IMG/VR virus record: IMGVR_UViG_3300030329_004647
Span: 168,029 to 232,028 of that record
Length of the DNA stretch: 64,000 nt
Direction: 5' to 3' (one strand)
This document shows positions 9,115 through 18,805 of this stretch, piece by piece; the stretch's first letter is position 1, and every line of letters begins with the position of its first letter. The position numbers were made by a program, and so were the translations under genes. The notes under the pieces were generated by a model, which ran no database searches, was not told the origin of the DNA, and worked only from the letters and a program-made list of their open reading frames with translations.

Positions 9115-9144
9115 ATAAATTAAGTTTAGTTTTTAAATAAATAT

Positions 9145-10878
9145 TTAGAGAGACTGCATTTCCTGTAGTATTTCCGCAAACATGTCTTCTTCTTCCATGT
9201 TATCTCCCATTACAGTGTCTATAATTCTTTTTTTCTGTTGTACTATATTATATATAATACGTTCTATTGTATTTTCAAAAATAGGATATATACATGACAC
9301 ATTTTTCTTTTGTCCTATTCTAAATGCTCTATCTTCCGCTTGAGACATTGTAGCTGGAACAAAAGACAGGTCATTAAATATTACAACCTCAGCCTCTGTA
9401 AGAGTAATACCAACCCCACCAGCAACTATATTTGAAACAAATACTTTTACATTTGAGTCATTTTGAAAATCGTCTACACTTTTTTGTCTATCTTCTTTTT
9501 TCATTTGACCATATAATGGAACAGCTACCTTTTTATATTTTGAAAGAATTTGCATTAGAGGTTCAGTAAAGTTTGTAAAAACAATCACCTTTTTATCTTG
9601 TTCTAAACACTGGTCAATAAGGTCATATGTGTTTTTGAGTTTTTCTAGAGCAATAAGTTGTCTAACCTTCATTAGTTTGGACAGCTGTATTGTTAAACTT
9701 TTATTTTTGTTATCGTTTGCCCAATCCAAATACTCACCAACCTCTCTTTGATATTCCGTAGAATTTAACTCCAAAAAAATTGGCGTTATAATTTTATCTG
9801 GTAAATCTAATATTTCTTCTTTTAGTCTTCTTAAAACTTTTTGTTTAGTTCGGTCCCGTAATTCTTCTAGGTTGGATGCTCCATGAGTTAACCAAATTTT
9901 TCTATTCCCTTTTCTAATCTGATACCCATCACAATATCTTTTAACATAATGAACCCAGTTTTTCGCTACTCTAGAGTCTACTAACTTAAGAATATTATAG
10001 TAATTCATTGGTCTAGAAGTCATAGGTGTACCAGTTAATAACCAAACCTTTTTAATTTTAGAACATAAATTATTCACCAACTTAGTACGTTGAGCTTTAG
10101 GATTAGAAATGTAATGAGCCTCATCTATTATAATTAAATCAAAATTTTCATCTAAAATAGTCGTAATACTCTTATCTATAGAGTGAAAGTTTTTTAATAT
10201 ATCATAATTTATTATTACGAATTTACCACTTTTCCACTTCTTACCCTCAACAATTCCAATTTCTTCTTTACTATAATTTTCTATTTCTCTTTTCCAGTTT
10301 AATTTAAGTGTAGCTGGACATATTACTAATATTTTAGTTGACTTACTCTCAATAGCGGCTATTGTCCCACTAGTAGTTTTACCAACACCCATATCATCAG
10401 CTAAAATAAATTTATCATTACCTAATAATTTTTCTATAGCAATTTTTTGGTGGTCATAAGGCATTCTATGTGAATAAGGAGAGTAGTCTACAGAAACCTT
10501 TCTTTCTGTGTTAACAATAATTTGTGCTTTAGGCACCCAGAAGTCGTTTAAAGGATGAGTATCTATTATCTTCCCCCAAACATGGTAAGCTTTATCACTT
10601 TCACTTAATATTTTTTCTACCCATATTTTTTCTGGTTTTTTTTGTAAAAAGTTTTGTGACATAAGTGTTTCACTTAAATAATCATCTATCTCAATCCACT
10701 TACGAGCTATTTTAGGTACATTTTCATAATTTTTAATAATATAGTCTGCTTGTTTACGAGTGGGCAAAAAGTTTTTAGATAACTTTAAATTGTTTTTTAA
10801 TTTCAATATATAGTTATTTGCCCCCTCATATTTACTTAAGAGACTTAAAGATTCTATTTCAGGAAGTAAGTTATCCAT
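9145..10878 (-). CDS. SNF2/SWI2-family helicase-like ATPase
   Basis: ADDMGVGKT (Walker A), DEAH, LTGTP, QAEDRAFRIGQ (motif VI). Likely start is ATG 10878 (MDNLLPE). Confidence 0.93.
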   Translation of the reverse strand: MDNLLPEIESLSLLSKYEGANNYILKLKNNLKLSKNFLPTRKQADYIIKNYENVPKIARKWIEIDDYLSETLMSQNFLQKKPEKIWVEKILSESDKAYHVWGKIIDTHPLNDFWVPKAQIIVNTERKVSVDYSPYSHRMPYDHQKIAIEKLLGNDKFILADDMGVGKTTSGTIAAIESKSTKILVICPATLKLNWKREIENYSKEEIGIVEGKKWKSGKFVIINYDILKNFHSIDKSITTILDENFDLIIIDEAHYISNPKAQRTKLVNNLCSKIKKVWLLTGTPMTSRPMNYYNILKLVDSRVAKNWVHYVKRYCDGYQIRKGNRKIWLTHGASNLEELRDRTKQKVLRRLKEEILDLPDKIITPIFLELNSTEYQREVGEYLDWANDNKNKSLTIQLSKLMKVRQLIALEKLKNTYDLIDQCLEQDKKVIVFTNFTEPLMQILSKYKKVAVPLYGQMKKEDRQKSVDDFQNDSNVKVFVSNIVAGGVGITLTEAEVVIFNDLSFVPATMSQAEDRAFRIGQKKNVSCIYPIFENTIERIIYNIVQQKKRIIDTVMGDNMEEEDMFAEILQEMQSL

Positions 10879-10932
10879 TATATACAAATATAATAAATTC
10901 TCTAATATAAACAATTAAGTATTTATCTATAT

Positions 10933-11451
10933 ATGGCAAAACAGAAAAAAATACCTATTACAAGGATATCTCGATTTTTTGGGTCGGAAGATTTTGACCT
11001 AGAACAACAAATGGGGATGGAATGGTTACATGGTGACATGCATTTCACATTAGTATTATTTAGGGTAGATAGAAGACAATCAGACGTAGATGATGTTTAT
11101 GGTGAATCAGGTCCAGAAGAAATTAGATATTTTGCTCCTGTAGAATTTAACGCTTACGTCAAAATAGATGAACCACAAAATAAAAGCTACGCCGATGGAC
11201 TTGTAAATCAGATGGAGCCAGGAAATCTTACCTTTGGTGTTTATACTAAACATTTAGATGAATTAGATATTGATATTTCTTATGGTGATTACATTGGTTA
11301 TCAAGAAACCGAAGATAGGATGAGATATTATAGTGTAACTAATGATGGAAGAGTAACATCCGATTTAAAACACACCATTGGTGGATACAAACCTTTTTAT
11401 AGGACAATAAAATGTGCTTACGTAACACCAAATCAATTTAAAGGAATATAA
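10933..11451 (+). CDS. Neck/head-closure protein (T4 gp14-like)
   Basis: DDVYGES...APVEFNAYV...FGVYTKHLDELDIDISYGDYI pattern; sits next to the gp15-like gene. Confidence 0.65.
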   Translation: MAKQKKIPITRISRFFGSEDFDLEQQMGMEWLHGDMHFTLVLFRVDRRQSDVDDVYGESGPEEIRYFAPVEFNAYVKIDEPQNKSYADGLVNQMEPGNLTFGVYTKHLDELDIDISYGDYIGYQETEDRMRYYSVTNDGRVTSDLKHTIGGYKPFYRTIKCAYVTPNQFKGI

Positions 11452-12539
11452 TGGCATTACCTAAAAAAGTTAAAAAGAATTTAGATATTACTTCTAGAAA
11501 GGTACAAGAAGAGTATCCGTTTGGTTATAACGGAATACAAGTTCCTGACAGAAGAAAAGAATTAGCAGGACTCATAACAGAAGACGGTACATTTTTACCT
11601 AAATCGGTATTACATGAAGACCTAGACGGGGGTATGTTAAGTTTTGTACAAGAACAACTAAAAGTAGCACTTAACGGAAAACAACTTCCTGTCATAGATA
11701 GAATTTTAACCATTCAACGATGGGGAGAATTTGCACAAACTTGGAGTTTTGCTAATGAAGATAAAAATGTAGAACTACCTTTTATTGTTGTAGTAAGAAA
11801 ACCAGATGTACAATACGGTAGTAATCCAGCTTTAAGATATACAATCCCAAATAGAAAACAGTTTCATTTTGCCAAAGTACCAACTTGGGATGGAACTAGA
11901 AAAGGTATGGACGTTTATACAATTCCACAACCCGTACCTATAGACATTACTTATGATGTTAAAATCGTATGTAATAGAATGAGAGAACTTAACATTTTTA
12001 ACAGAAAAGTAATGCAAACTTTTACTTCTAGACAAGCCTATACTTTTGTTAAAGGACACTATGTTCCAATAATACTTAATTCTGTAGGTGATGAAAGTGT
12101 TATAGATACTGACGATAGAAGGTACTATCAACAAAATTATAGTTTTATCTTATTAGGATTTTTAATTGACGAGGAGGAGTTTGAAGTAAAACCAGCAATT
12201 ACCAGAAACTTAATGTTATTTGATTTTGATGTTAAAAATAAAAGAAAAAATATACAGGTTATGGATGGGAAGGTTAACCCATACAAATATAGAAGAAAAT
12301 TAAATTATGAAATAGGGTCAACAACCCCAGAAGTAGGAACTATAACTTATCAGTATAGAGCTAATATAAAAACTGTAAGAACAAGAAACGTATCGTCAGT
12401 AACATTTAAAATTAATGGTGTGACGGACAACTCACCAGAAATAGAAATAAAGAAGTTGGATAAATTAGAAGTGATTATTGATATAGACGATAACTCTAAA
12501 ACATCTATGGTTGTATTAGAAGAAACTCTTTTACCTTAA
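11451..12539 (+). CDS. Tail terminator/sheath-stabilising protein (T4 gp15-like)
   Basis: PQPVPIDITYDVKIVCNRMRELNIFNRKVMQTF and downstream FILLGFL resemble gp15; position between neck and sheath genes. Confidence 0.65.
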   Translation: MALPKKVKKNLDITSRKVQEEYPFGYNGIQVPDRRKELAGLITEDGTFLPKSVLHEDLDGGMLSFVQEQLKVALNGKQLPVIDRILTIQRWGEFAQTWSFANEDKNVELPFIVVVRKPDVQYGSNPALRYTIPNRKQFHFAKVPTWDGTRKGMDVYTIPQPVPIDITYDVKIVCNRMRELNIFNRKVMQTFTSRQAYTFVKGHYVPIILNSVGDESVIDTDDRRYYQQNYSFILLGFLIDEEEFEVKPAITRNLMLFDFDVKNKRKNIQVMDGKVNPYKYRRKLNYEIGSTTPEVGTITYQYRANIKTVRTRNVSSVTFKINGVTDNSPEIEIKKLDKLEVIIDIDDNSKTSMVVLEETLLP

Positions 12540-12700
12540 CCCTCTCCGTATATATCACTTTTTTGTTTACAATTTTTTTCTATTAACTTTTCTATATACC
12601 TGGATAGGAGTAAACCATGTTTTTTACAATACCTTTTAAGTATTCTATGGTATTCTTCTCGAATCTTTAAATTTTTTATTTTTTTGTTGTTTTCTTTCAT
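12536..12700 (-). CDS. Small ribbon-helix-helix-like DNA-binding protein (absent from ORF track)
   Basis: Hand translation: MKENNKKIKNLKIREEYHRILKRYCKKHGLLLSRYIEKLIEKNCKQKSDIYGEG* (54 aa). Beta strand KNLKI, then two helices separated by G. Confidence 0.7.
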   Translation of the reverse strand: MKENNKKIKNLKIREEYHRILKRYCKKHGLLLSRYIEKLIEKNCKQKSDIYGEG

Positions 12701-12721
12701 AGGTAGAAAAAAGGTAGAAAA
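12701..12721. repeat. Tandem direct repeat AGGTAGAAAA x2, 11-bp period (candidate operator)
   Basis: Copies at 12701-12710 and 12712-12721, abutting the RHH start codon. Confidence 0.6.
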
Positions 12722-12827
12722 TATTCATACTTTACAATAAATAGTACGTTTTTAGCAATACCTTTTCGGTTGGGAAAAAGTATTTATCTAATGATAAAAT
12801 AAATTTATTTAGTAAAAAAAGACAAAT

Positions 12828-15800
12828 ATGGCTAACGGTAATAATAGAGTATTCGTATCTCCAGGGGTATACACCTCGGAAAAAGATTTAAGTTTTGTAG
12901 CACAGAGTGTTGGTGTTACAACATTAGGTTTGGTCGGAGAGACCAAAAAAGGGCCAGCTTTTGAACCAATCTTTGTAAGTAATTATAGTGACTTTACAAC
13001 TAGATTTGGTAGTACATCAGCTGACAAATTTGTTGATACACAAATTCCTAAACACGAATTAGCATTTATAGCAAAATCTTACTTATCACAATCAAATCAA
13101 TTGTTTGTGACAAGAGTATTAGGATTAAATGGTTATGATGCAGGACCATCTTGGTCAATAACAACAATCGGTGAAGTAGACCCACTATACGTTTCTGCTG
13201 CAACATCAGCTCAAACAACGAGTAACTGGAGTGACATTATTTACATTCCAATGACCTCAACTACCGCTACGCCAGACGGAATATATTTAACATATAACTC
13301 TGCGACAGGAAAGTTTAGTGACCCTATCACTGATATGACAACATTTGGGGGTGCCAATTTCCCAATTCAAAATTACCAACTAACAGGCCAAACATTTATT
13401 AATGGGTATGGAACTACTTTAGGTACTTTTATTGATGAAATAACCTCTTTTGTTAACACAGTAAATGGTGGGGACAATATGTCTTGGGATGGTTCAGGAC
13501 TAAGTCAATACTGGTATTATGGTGTATTAGGTACAGGAACAACTGTTGGTGGTGAAGGAGCAAATAGTTTTTGTGAACATTACGCTAACACGTGGATGAC
13601 AGGTAATACATCAGGATTATCCATTCAAGCAATAGACCATGAAAATAGATTAGCTGTTGACGCTTCAAACTTCTATGATGACCAAAATGATGGTTGGTAT
13701 GACACTTTATTCGAGTATGAATATGGTGAAGGTGCTAACTGTTACTGTACTTCTTATTCAGGTTCTTCATTTGATATGTTTGGTTATTCAGCTTTAACAG
13801 CTCAAACATATATAGATGAAGTTGACTTAAGTACTAGTGGAGCAAGTACATTCTTTGCTGGTGGACAATTTAATAATGACCCAACATCAGGAGGAACAAG
13901 TACAGAATGGTCAGGAGCTACAGGAGTAAATGGAACAGGTGGACAAGCTGTAATATCGTTTACGGCTACTAGTAGTGGTGGTCCAGAAACTTGGGCATAC
14001 AGAATTGGTTCAACATCAGCTAACGCAACAGGTGTAGTAGCTAATGTATGGAGTTCCCTATACCAAACACCAGTGGGAACATATGATAGTATAGGACCTG
14101 TAACGACACATCCTTATGTACCATCTGATTTTGACGAGGTATTATCAGGAGGAACAGCATCCACAACAACAGTATTAAAGAGTAATCCATATCCAGTACC
14201 ATTAACGCCATTCGATTTCGCGAAGAGTGGTACAACTTGTGATACTAGTATAGGAGCTTACTCAGCTGTTTCAGTAATTTATAGTGGATTTGCTAATATT
14301 GGTAGTTTAGTAGGTGGTAACTTAGGTGGAGCAGGAACTGGATTCGACCAAGGTAATCTATCTTCAGGTATTTCACATACCTTTGTTGGTTTCTCTGGAG
14401 CTGACGGACCAAACTCATATTCTGGGACACTTGCTGTTAATATGGTATTCTATAGTGCTGATTGTCAATCACAAAATCTGTTAACATTACAATTAAGTGG
14501 TTGTGCAGCTGAATATCAAAATGTAAGTGCAGACACTGAATATCACAACTTAGTAGTGGCAACAATGAGAGCTAGAGGACAAAGTTCACTTTCTACAGGA
14601 GGACCAGTCTATACAATTAGTGGTTCATCATCATCCTCAACAGGAGCTTACGGTGATGTAACATTTAATTGTTTAGGAGCTTACCAACCAATAGTTGATG
14701 ACCCATTCTTTAATTTTGGTATAAGTGCTAGAACGGATGGTGGAGCAACATATAACTTTGATGTGAGCATGAATACATCATCTAAAAATTACCTACCAAA
14801 AGTATTAGGTAGAAATGTATTTGATAAAAAAATGGAGGAAGTTCCTATTTTTGTTGAGGAAGTTTACCCTAATATCCTAAAATATGGATTTAATAGAAAT
14901 AGAATTAGAGGCCTAAACTGTTGTTTATTAAAATTACCAGCAGCAAGATGGAACAATACAGGTATGGATTCTATAGGTTGGTACATGCAACAATGGCAAA
15001 CACCAGAAACACCTTACGTAGTTTCAGAATTACGAGGTGAGGATGTATATAGACTATTTAAATTTGTTTCTATTTCAGACGGTACAGAAGCAAATAGAGA
15101 ATATAAAGTATCAATTATAAACATTTCATTTGAAAGATTAGAGTTTGATGTATTAGTTAGAGATTTCTATGATAGTGACGCTAGTCCTGTTGTTTATGAA
15201 AAATTCACAAGATGTAGTTTAGACCCATCATTACCTTCTTTTATAGGAAGAAAAATAGGTACTTCAGATGGTCAATACGAATTAAGGTCTAAATACACAA
15301 TGTTATATTTAACTGAAGAGGTTTTAGATGGAACACTTAAAGACGCTGTTCCAGCAGGTTTTGATTACTACGATTTTAGAAATTATGAAAACGGTGCTGG
15401 TAAAACGTGTAGAGCTATTCCACCGATGTTAAAATATAAAACAAAATACTTTACGGCTGGAGAAGTAGTTTATGACCCACCTTATGATAACGCTGACGGA
15501 AGTGCTAACTCTTATATATCACCAGGTGACAATGTGAGAAAAACATATTTAGGTATTTCTGACACAGTAGGTGCAGCTATAGATTTTGATTTCTTCGAGT
15601 ATAAAGGTAAGAAAACACCAGTATCGGTTTGTACAGATGTTAATGGTGTAAGTTGGGGAACAATCAGAAAAGGTTTCCATATGGATTCAGGAGCTACAAT
15701 AATTGTTGCGGGTTCTGGAACGTATATAACACAATCGGGTACAACTCTTAGTGGTGACTCTATCTTTGAGGTGGGAGCAGCAGACTTTAGAGGTGAACCA

Positions 15801-16913
15801 GCATCAAGTAATCACCCATACAAAAAACTAAATTCTCGTAAATTTACTTTAGCACCTTATGGTGGTTTTGATGGATGGGATGAATACCGTAAGTTTAGAA
15901 GTAATGGTGATTCCTATAGACTTGGACTACAAGGATTCTTAAATGGAGCGTGTAATGACGCGGTTTACCCGTCAGCTGTAGGAGACGGTTCATTTAAAGC
16001 TCTAAGTAGTACTGAAGCAAATACGGATTATTTTGCATACCTTAGAGGTGTACAAACATTCCAAAACCCAGAAGCGGTTAATATTAATGTATTTGCTACA
16101 CCAGGTATTGACTACGTTAACAACCAATCTCTAGTTAAAGAATCTATAGATATGGTAGAAAGTCAAAGAGCTGACTCGTTATATATTACGACAACACCTG
16201 ACTTTAACATGTACGTACCAACATCTTCAGATGTGACAAATCAAATATCACCAACAGAAGCTGGAGATAATTTAGAGGACTCACTAATAGATTCTAACTA
16301 TACGGCAACGTATTATCCATGGATTTTGGTTAGAGATGACAATAGTAATAAACAAATCTATATACCACCAACATCAGAGGTTACTAGAAACTTAGCATTA
16401 ACTGATAATGTAGCATTCCCTTGGTTCGCTTCAGCAGGTTATACACGTGGTTTAGTAAACGCACAAAGAGCTAGAAGAAAACTGACTCAGGACGAAAGAG
16501 ATACGTTATATGTTGATAGAATTAACCCAATAGCGACATTCTCAGATGTAGGACCAATTATTTTTGGACAGAAAACTCTACAAATTAAAGAGTCTGCTCT
16601 TGACAGAATTAATGTTAGAAGATTATTATTACAAACAAGAAAACTAATTTCCGCGGTAGCTGTTAGACTACTATTCGAACAAAATGATGATGTAGTAAGA
16701 CAACAATTCTTAGACCTAGTTAACCCTATATTAGATTCTATTAGAAGAGATAGAGGTTTAACAGACTTTAGAGTTGTACTTTCTAACGACCCAGAAGAAA
16801 TTGATAGAAATGAATTAAATGGTAAGATTTACTTAAAACCTACAAGAGCGTTAGAGTTTATCTTCATAGAATTCTTGATAACACCAACTGGAGCAGAATT
16901 TGAATCAGTTTAA
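12828..16913 (+). CDS. Contractile tail sheath protein (T4 gp18-like), unusually large
   Basis: N-terminal FVSPGVYTSEKDLS...GPAFEP and C-terminal NINVFATPG...YYPW...WFASAG...DRINVRRLL...IYLKPTRALEFIFIEF. Confidence 0.96.
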   Translation: MANGNNRVFVSPGVYTSEKDLSFVAQSVGVTTLGLVGETKKGPAFEPIFVSNYSDFTTRFGSTSADKFVDTQIPKHELAFIAKSYLSQSNQLFVTRVLGLNGYDAGPSWSITTIGEVDPLYVSAATSAQTTSNWSDIIYIPMTSTTATPDGIYLTYNSATGKFSDPITDMTTFGGANFPIQNYQLTGQTFINGYGTTLGTFIDEITSFVNTVNGGDNMSWDGSGLSQYWYYGVLGTGTTVGGEGANSFCEHYANTWMTGNTSGLSIQAIDHENRLAVDASNFYDDQNDGWYDTLFEYEYGEGANCYCTSYSGSSFDMFGYSALTAQTYIDEVDLSTSGASTFFAGGQFNNDPTSGGTSTEWSGATGVNGTGGQAVISFTATSSGGPETWAYRIGSTSANATGVVANVWSSLYQTPVGTYDSIGPVTTHPYVPSDFDEVLSGGTASTTTVLKSNPYPVPLTPFDFAKSGTTCDTSIGAYSAVSVIYSGFANIGSLVGGNLGGAGTGFDQGNLSSGISHTFVGFSGADGPNSYSGTLAVNMVFYSADCQSQNLLTLQLSGCAAEYQNVSADTEYHNLVVATMRARGQSSLSTGGPVYTISGSSSSSTGAYGDVTFNCLGAYQPIVDDPFFNFGISARTDGGATYNFDVSMNTSSKNYLPKVLGRNVFDKKMEEVPIFVEEVYPNILKYGFNRNRIRGLNCCLLKLPAARWNNTGMDSIGWYMQQWQTPETPYVVSELRGEDVYRLFKFVSISDGTEANREYKVSIINISFERLEFDVLVRDFYDSDASPVVYEKFTRCSLDPSLPSFIGRKIGTSDGQYELRSKYTMLYLTEEVLDGTLKDAVPAGFDYYDFRNYENGAGKTCRAIPPMLKYKTKYFTAGEVVYDPPYDNADGSANSYISPGDNVRKTYLGISDTVGAAIDFDFFEYKGKKTPVSVCTDVNGVSWGTIRKGFHMDSGATIIVAGSGTYITQSGTTLSGDSIFEVGAADFRGEPASSNHPYKKLNSRKFTLAPYGGFDGWDEYRKFRSNGDSYRLGLQGFLNGACNDAVYPSAVGDGSFKALSSTEANTDYFAYLRGVQTFQNPEAVNINVFATPGIDYVNNQSLVKESIDMVESQRADSLYITTTPDFNMYVPTSSDVTNQISPTEAGDNLEDSLIDSNYTATYYPWILVRDDNSNKQIYIPPTSEVTRNLALTDNVAFPWFASAGYTRGLVNAQRARRKLTQDERDTLYVDRINPIATFSDVGPIIFGQKTLQIKESALDRINVRRLLLQTRKLISAVAVRLLFEQNDDVVRQQFLDLVNPILDSIRRDRGLTDFRVVLSNDPEEIDRNELNGKIYLKPTRALEFIFIEFLITPTGAEFESV

Positions 16914-16934
16914 AACTAAATAAAAATTATTACG

Positions 16935-17219
16935 ATGGAATTGAATAAAGAAATTTTAATAGAAAGTTTAGGTGTGAAGTCGACTGGAGCTAAACATTTT
17001 ACTAATAATAAAAAACAATCAGTTATTATAAGTGAAAAACAACTCGAAAGATTAGTAGAAAAATATGTCAATGAAGATGAAAATGTTGTTAATATCGACA
17101 TACCATCGGGAAGTAACGTAGAAGTTACCCCAAAAGATGAAGATATGGCAGAAGATGTTGTAGCAGGAATCGACAATGACATGATTGATGAGGAAGAATC
17201 TTGTCCAGACGATGTTTAA
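16935..17219 (+). CDS. Small acidic hypothetical protein
   Basis: 94 aa; contains KKQSVIISEKQLERLVEKYVNE. Confidence 0.7.
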   Translation: MELNKEILIESLGVKSTGAKHFTNNKKQSVIISEKQLERLVEKYVNEDENVVNIDIPSGSNVEVTPKDEDMAEDVVAGIDNDMIDEEESCPDDV

Positions 17220-17246
17220 TCTACATTAAGTTTACTTCTTAATATT

Positions 17247-17280
17247 ATATAAAAAACTCCTACACAGGAGTTTTTTATAT
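17247..17280. terminator. Bidirectional intrinsic terminator
   Basis: Perfect 15-bp inverted repeat ATATAAAAAACTCCT-ACAC-AGGAGTTTTTTATAT. Confidence 0.85.
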
Positions 17281-17337
17281 TATAACCATATAGTTTATGT
17301 AAGTTGTATTAACAAAATGTTTTAATATTTATAAGAT

Positions 17338-18198
17338 ATGAGTAAAATTATCATAACAGCAAAACAACTAGAACATCTAAGTAATGTAGTTAAAGAACAA
17401 GCTAGAGCAAATAATGGTGCTGTAAGAGCTTATTCTTTTGATTGGGACGACAATATCCTCCATATGCCTACTAAAATTGCAATTGATTACAATAACGGCA
17501 CAGAATGGGTACCAACCCTCATAACCACTGAAATGTTTTCTAAGGTAAGAGAAAATGAAAATTTTAGGGTAAATGAAGATTCCTTTGTTAATTTTAGAAA
17601 TGATAATGTTTTTTTTGACGACCTTAATGAAGCTTTACAAAAAAGAAGTTTCGCTCCTTCTTTTGAAAAATTTAAAGAATCTTTAATATACGCTAATCCT
17701 TTTTCTATTATTACAGCAAGAGGACATACACCAGAAGTTTTTCCTAAAGGTATAAAAGTAATAATTGGAAATACTTTTAGTGAGGGAGAACTAGAAGATA
17801 TGTTATTTAACATTAAGAAGAAATATCCAGAAACTGTGGACTATTCACCGTGGGACGCGATTGATTTTTATTTAAATGAAAATGAATACCACCCTGTAAC
17901 ATCCGAAGAATTCGGTAAAAAATTCGGAAATAGGTTCATCAATACGGATAACCCTGAAGAAGCTAAAAAAACAGCACTTAGAAATTATATAGAAAAAGTT
18001 GTAAACGGTGTTAGTAAAATAGAAGATGGTAATTATTCACAATTATCTATAGGTTTTAGTGACGATGACTACGGTAATATAAGTGCTGTAATAAATTTAA
18101 TAAAAGATGAACTAAACCAAAAGTATCCACAAGTAAATTTTGTTGTATATGACACATCTAGTGGTGACATAAACAAAATTGTAGTTAAAAGAGAATAG
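17338..18198 (+). CDS. HAD-superfamily phosphatase-like protein
   Basis: Motif I FDWDDNI (DxD), motif II IITARG, conserved Lys (EAKK), motif IV GFSDDD. Confidence 0.75.
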   Translation: MSKIIITAKQLEHLSNVVKEQARANNGAVRAYSFDWDDNILHMPTKIAIDYNNGTEWVPTLITTEMFSKVRENENFRVNEDSFVNFRNDNVFFDDLNEALQKRSFAPSFEKFKESLIYANPFSIITARGHTPEVFPKGIKVIIGNTFSEGELEDMLFNIKKKYPETVDYSPWDAIDFYLNENEYHPVTSEEFGKKFGNRFINTDNPEEAKKTALRNYIEKVVNGVSKIEDGNYSQLSIGFSDDDYGNISAVINLIKDELNQKYPQVNFVVYDTSSGDINKIVVKRE

Positions 18199-18268
18199 AA
18201 ACAAGAAAGTTTTCAAATATAGATATATTTATAATAGTAAATAAAAGAAATTTTTAAAAATACACAAT

Positions 18269-18757
18269 ATGGCTGATTTATTAATGAAAATGCCCGTTCC
18301 TTATGAACCGAAAAGAAAGAATCGGTTTATTTTGAGATTTGATTCTTCACTGGGTTTAAACGAGTGGTACGTTGAAAGTACATCAAGACCACAAGTAACA
18401 ATAAATTCTGTAGAAATACCTTTCCTAAACACATCTACTTATGTGGCAGGAAGATTTACATGGAATACTGTTAATGTAACATTCAGAGACCCAATCGGTC
18501 CTTCAGCAGCACAAGCGTTGATGGAGTGGGTTAGACTACACGCTGAGTCAGTTACTGGTAGAATGGGATATGCTGCGGGATATAAGAAAAATATCGATTT
18601 AGAATTATTAGACCCTACAGGAGTTGTTGTAGAAAAATGGGTAATGCAAGGTGTATTTTTAACAGATGTTAATTTTAATGACTTATCTTATAGTGATGAC
18701 GGACTATCTAACATTTCTGCTACACTAAGACCAGACAGATGTATATTAGTTTACTAA
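18269..18757 (+). CDS. Tail tube protein (T4 gp19-like)
   Basis: YEPKRKNRFILRF...RPQV...GRFTWNTVNVTFRDP...LDPTGVVVEKW; 162 aa. Confidence 0.92.
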   Translation: MADLLMKMPVPYEPKRKNRFILRFDSSLGLNEWYVESTSRPQVTINSVEIPFLNTSTYVAGRFTWNTVNVTFRDPIGPSAAQALMEWVRLHAESVTGRMGYAAGYKKNIDLELLDPTGVVVEKWVMQGVFLTDVNFNDLSYSDDGLSNISATLRPDRCILVY

Positions 18758-18778
18758 AACTATAAAACATACAATATT

Positions 18779-18805
18779 AAAAAACCCCAGTTATGGGGTT
18801 TTTTT
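18779..18805. terminator. Bidirectional terminator between tube gene and Mom-like gene
   Basis: AAAAAACCCCA-GTTA-TGGGGTTTTTT; the loop contains the minus-strand stop of the Mom-like gene. Confidence 0.85.

Noticed and set aside
10879-10914. Extended SNF2 start at 10914
   Set aside because: The extension reads as AT-rich intergenic sequence (MFILENLLYLYI); ATG 10878 is more plausible.
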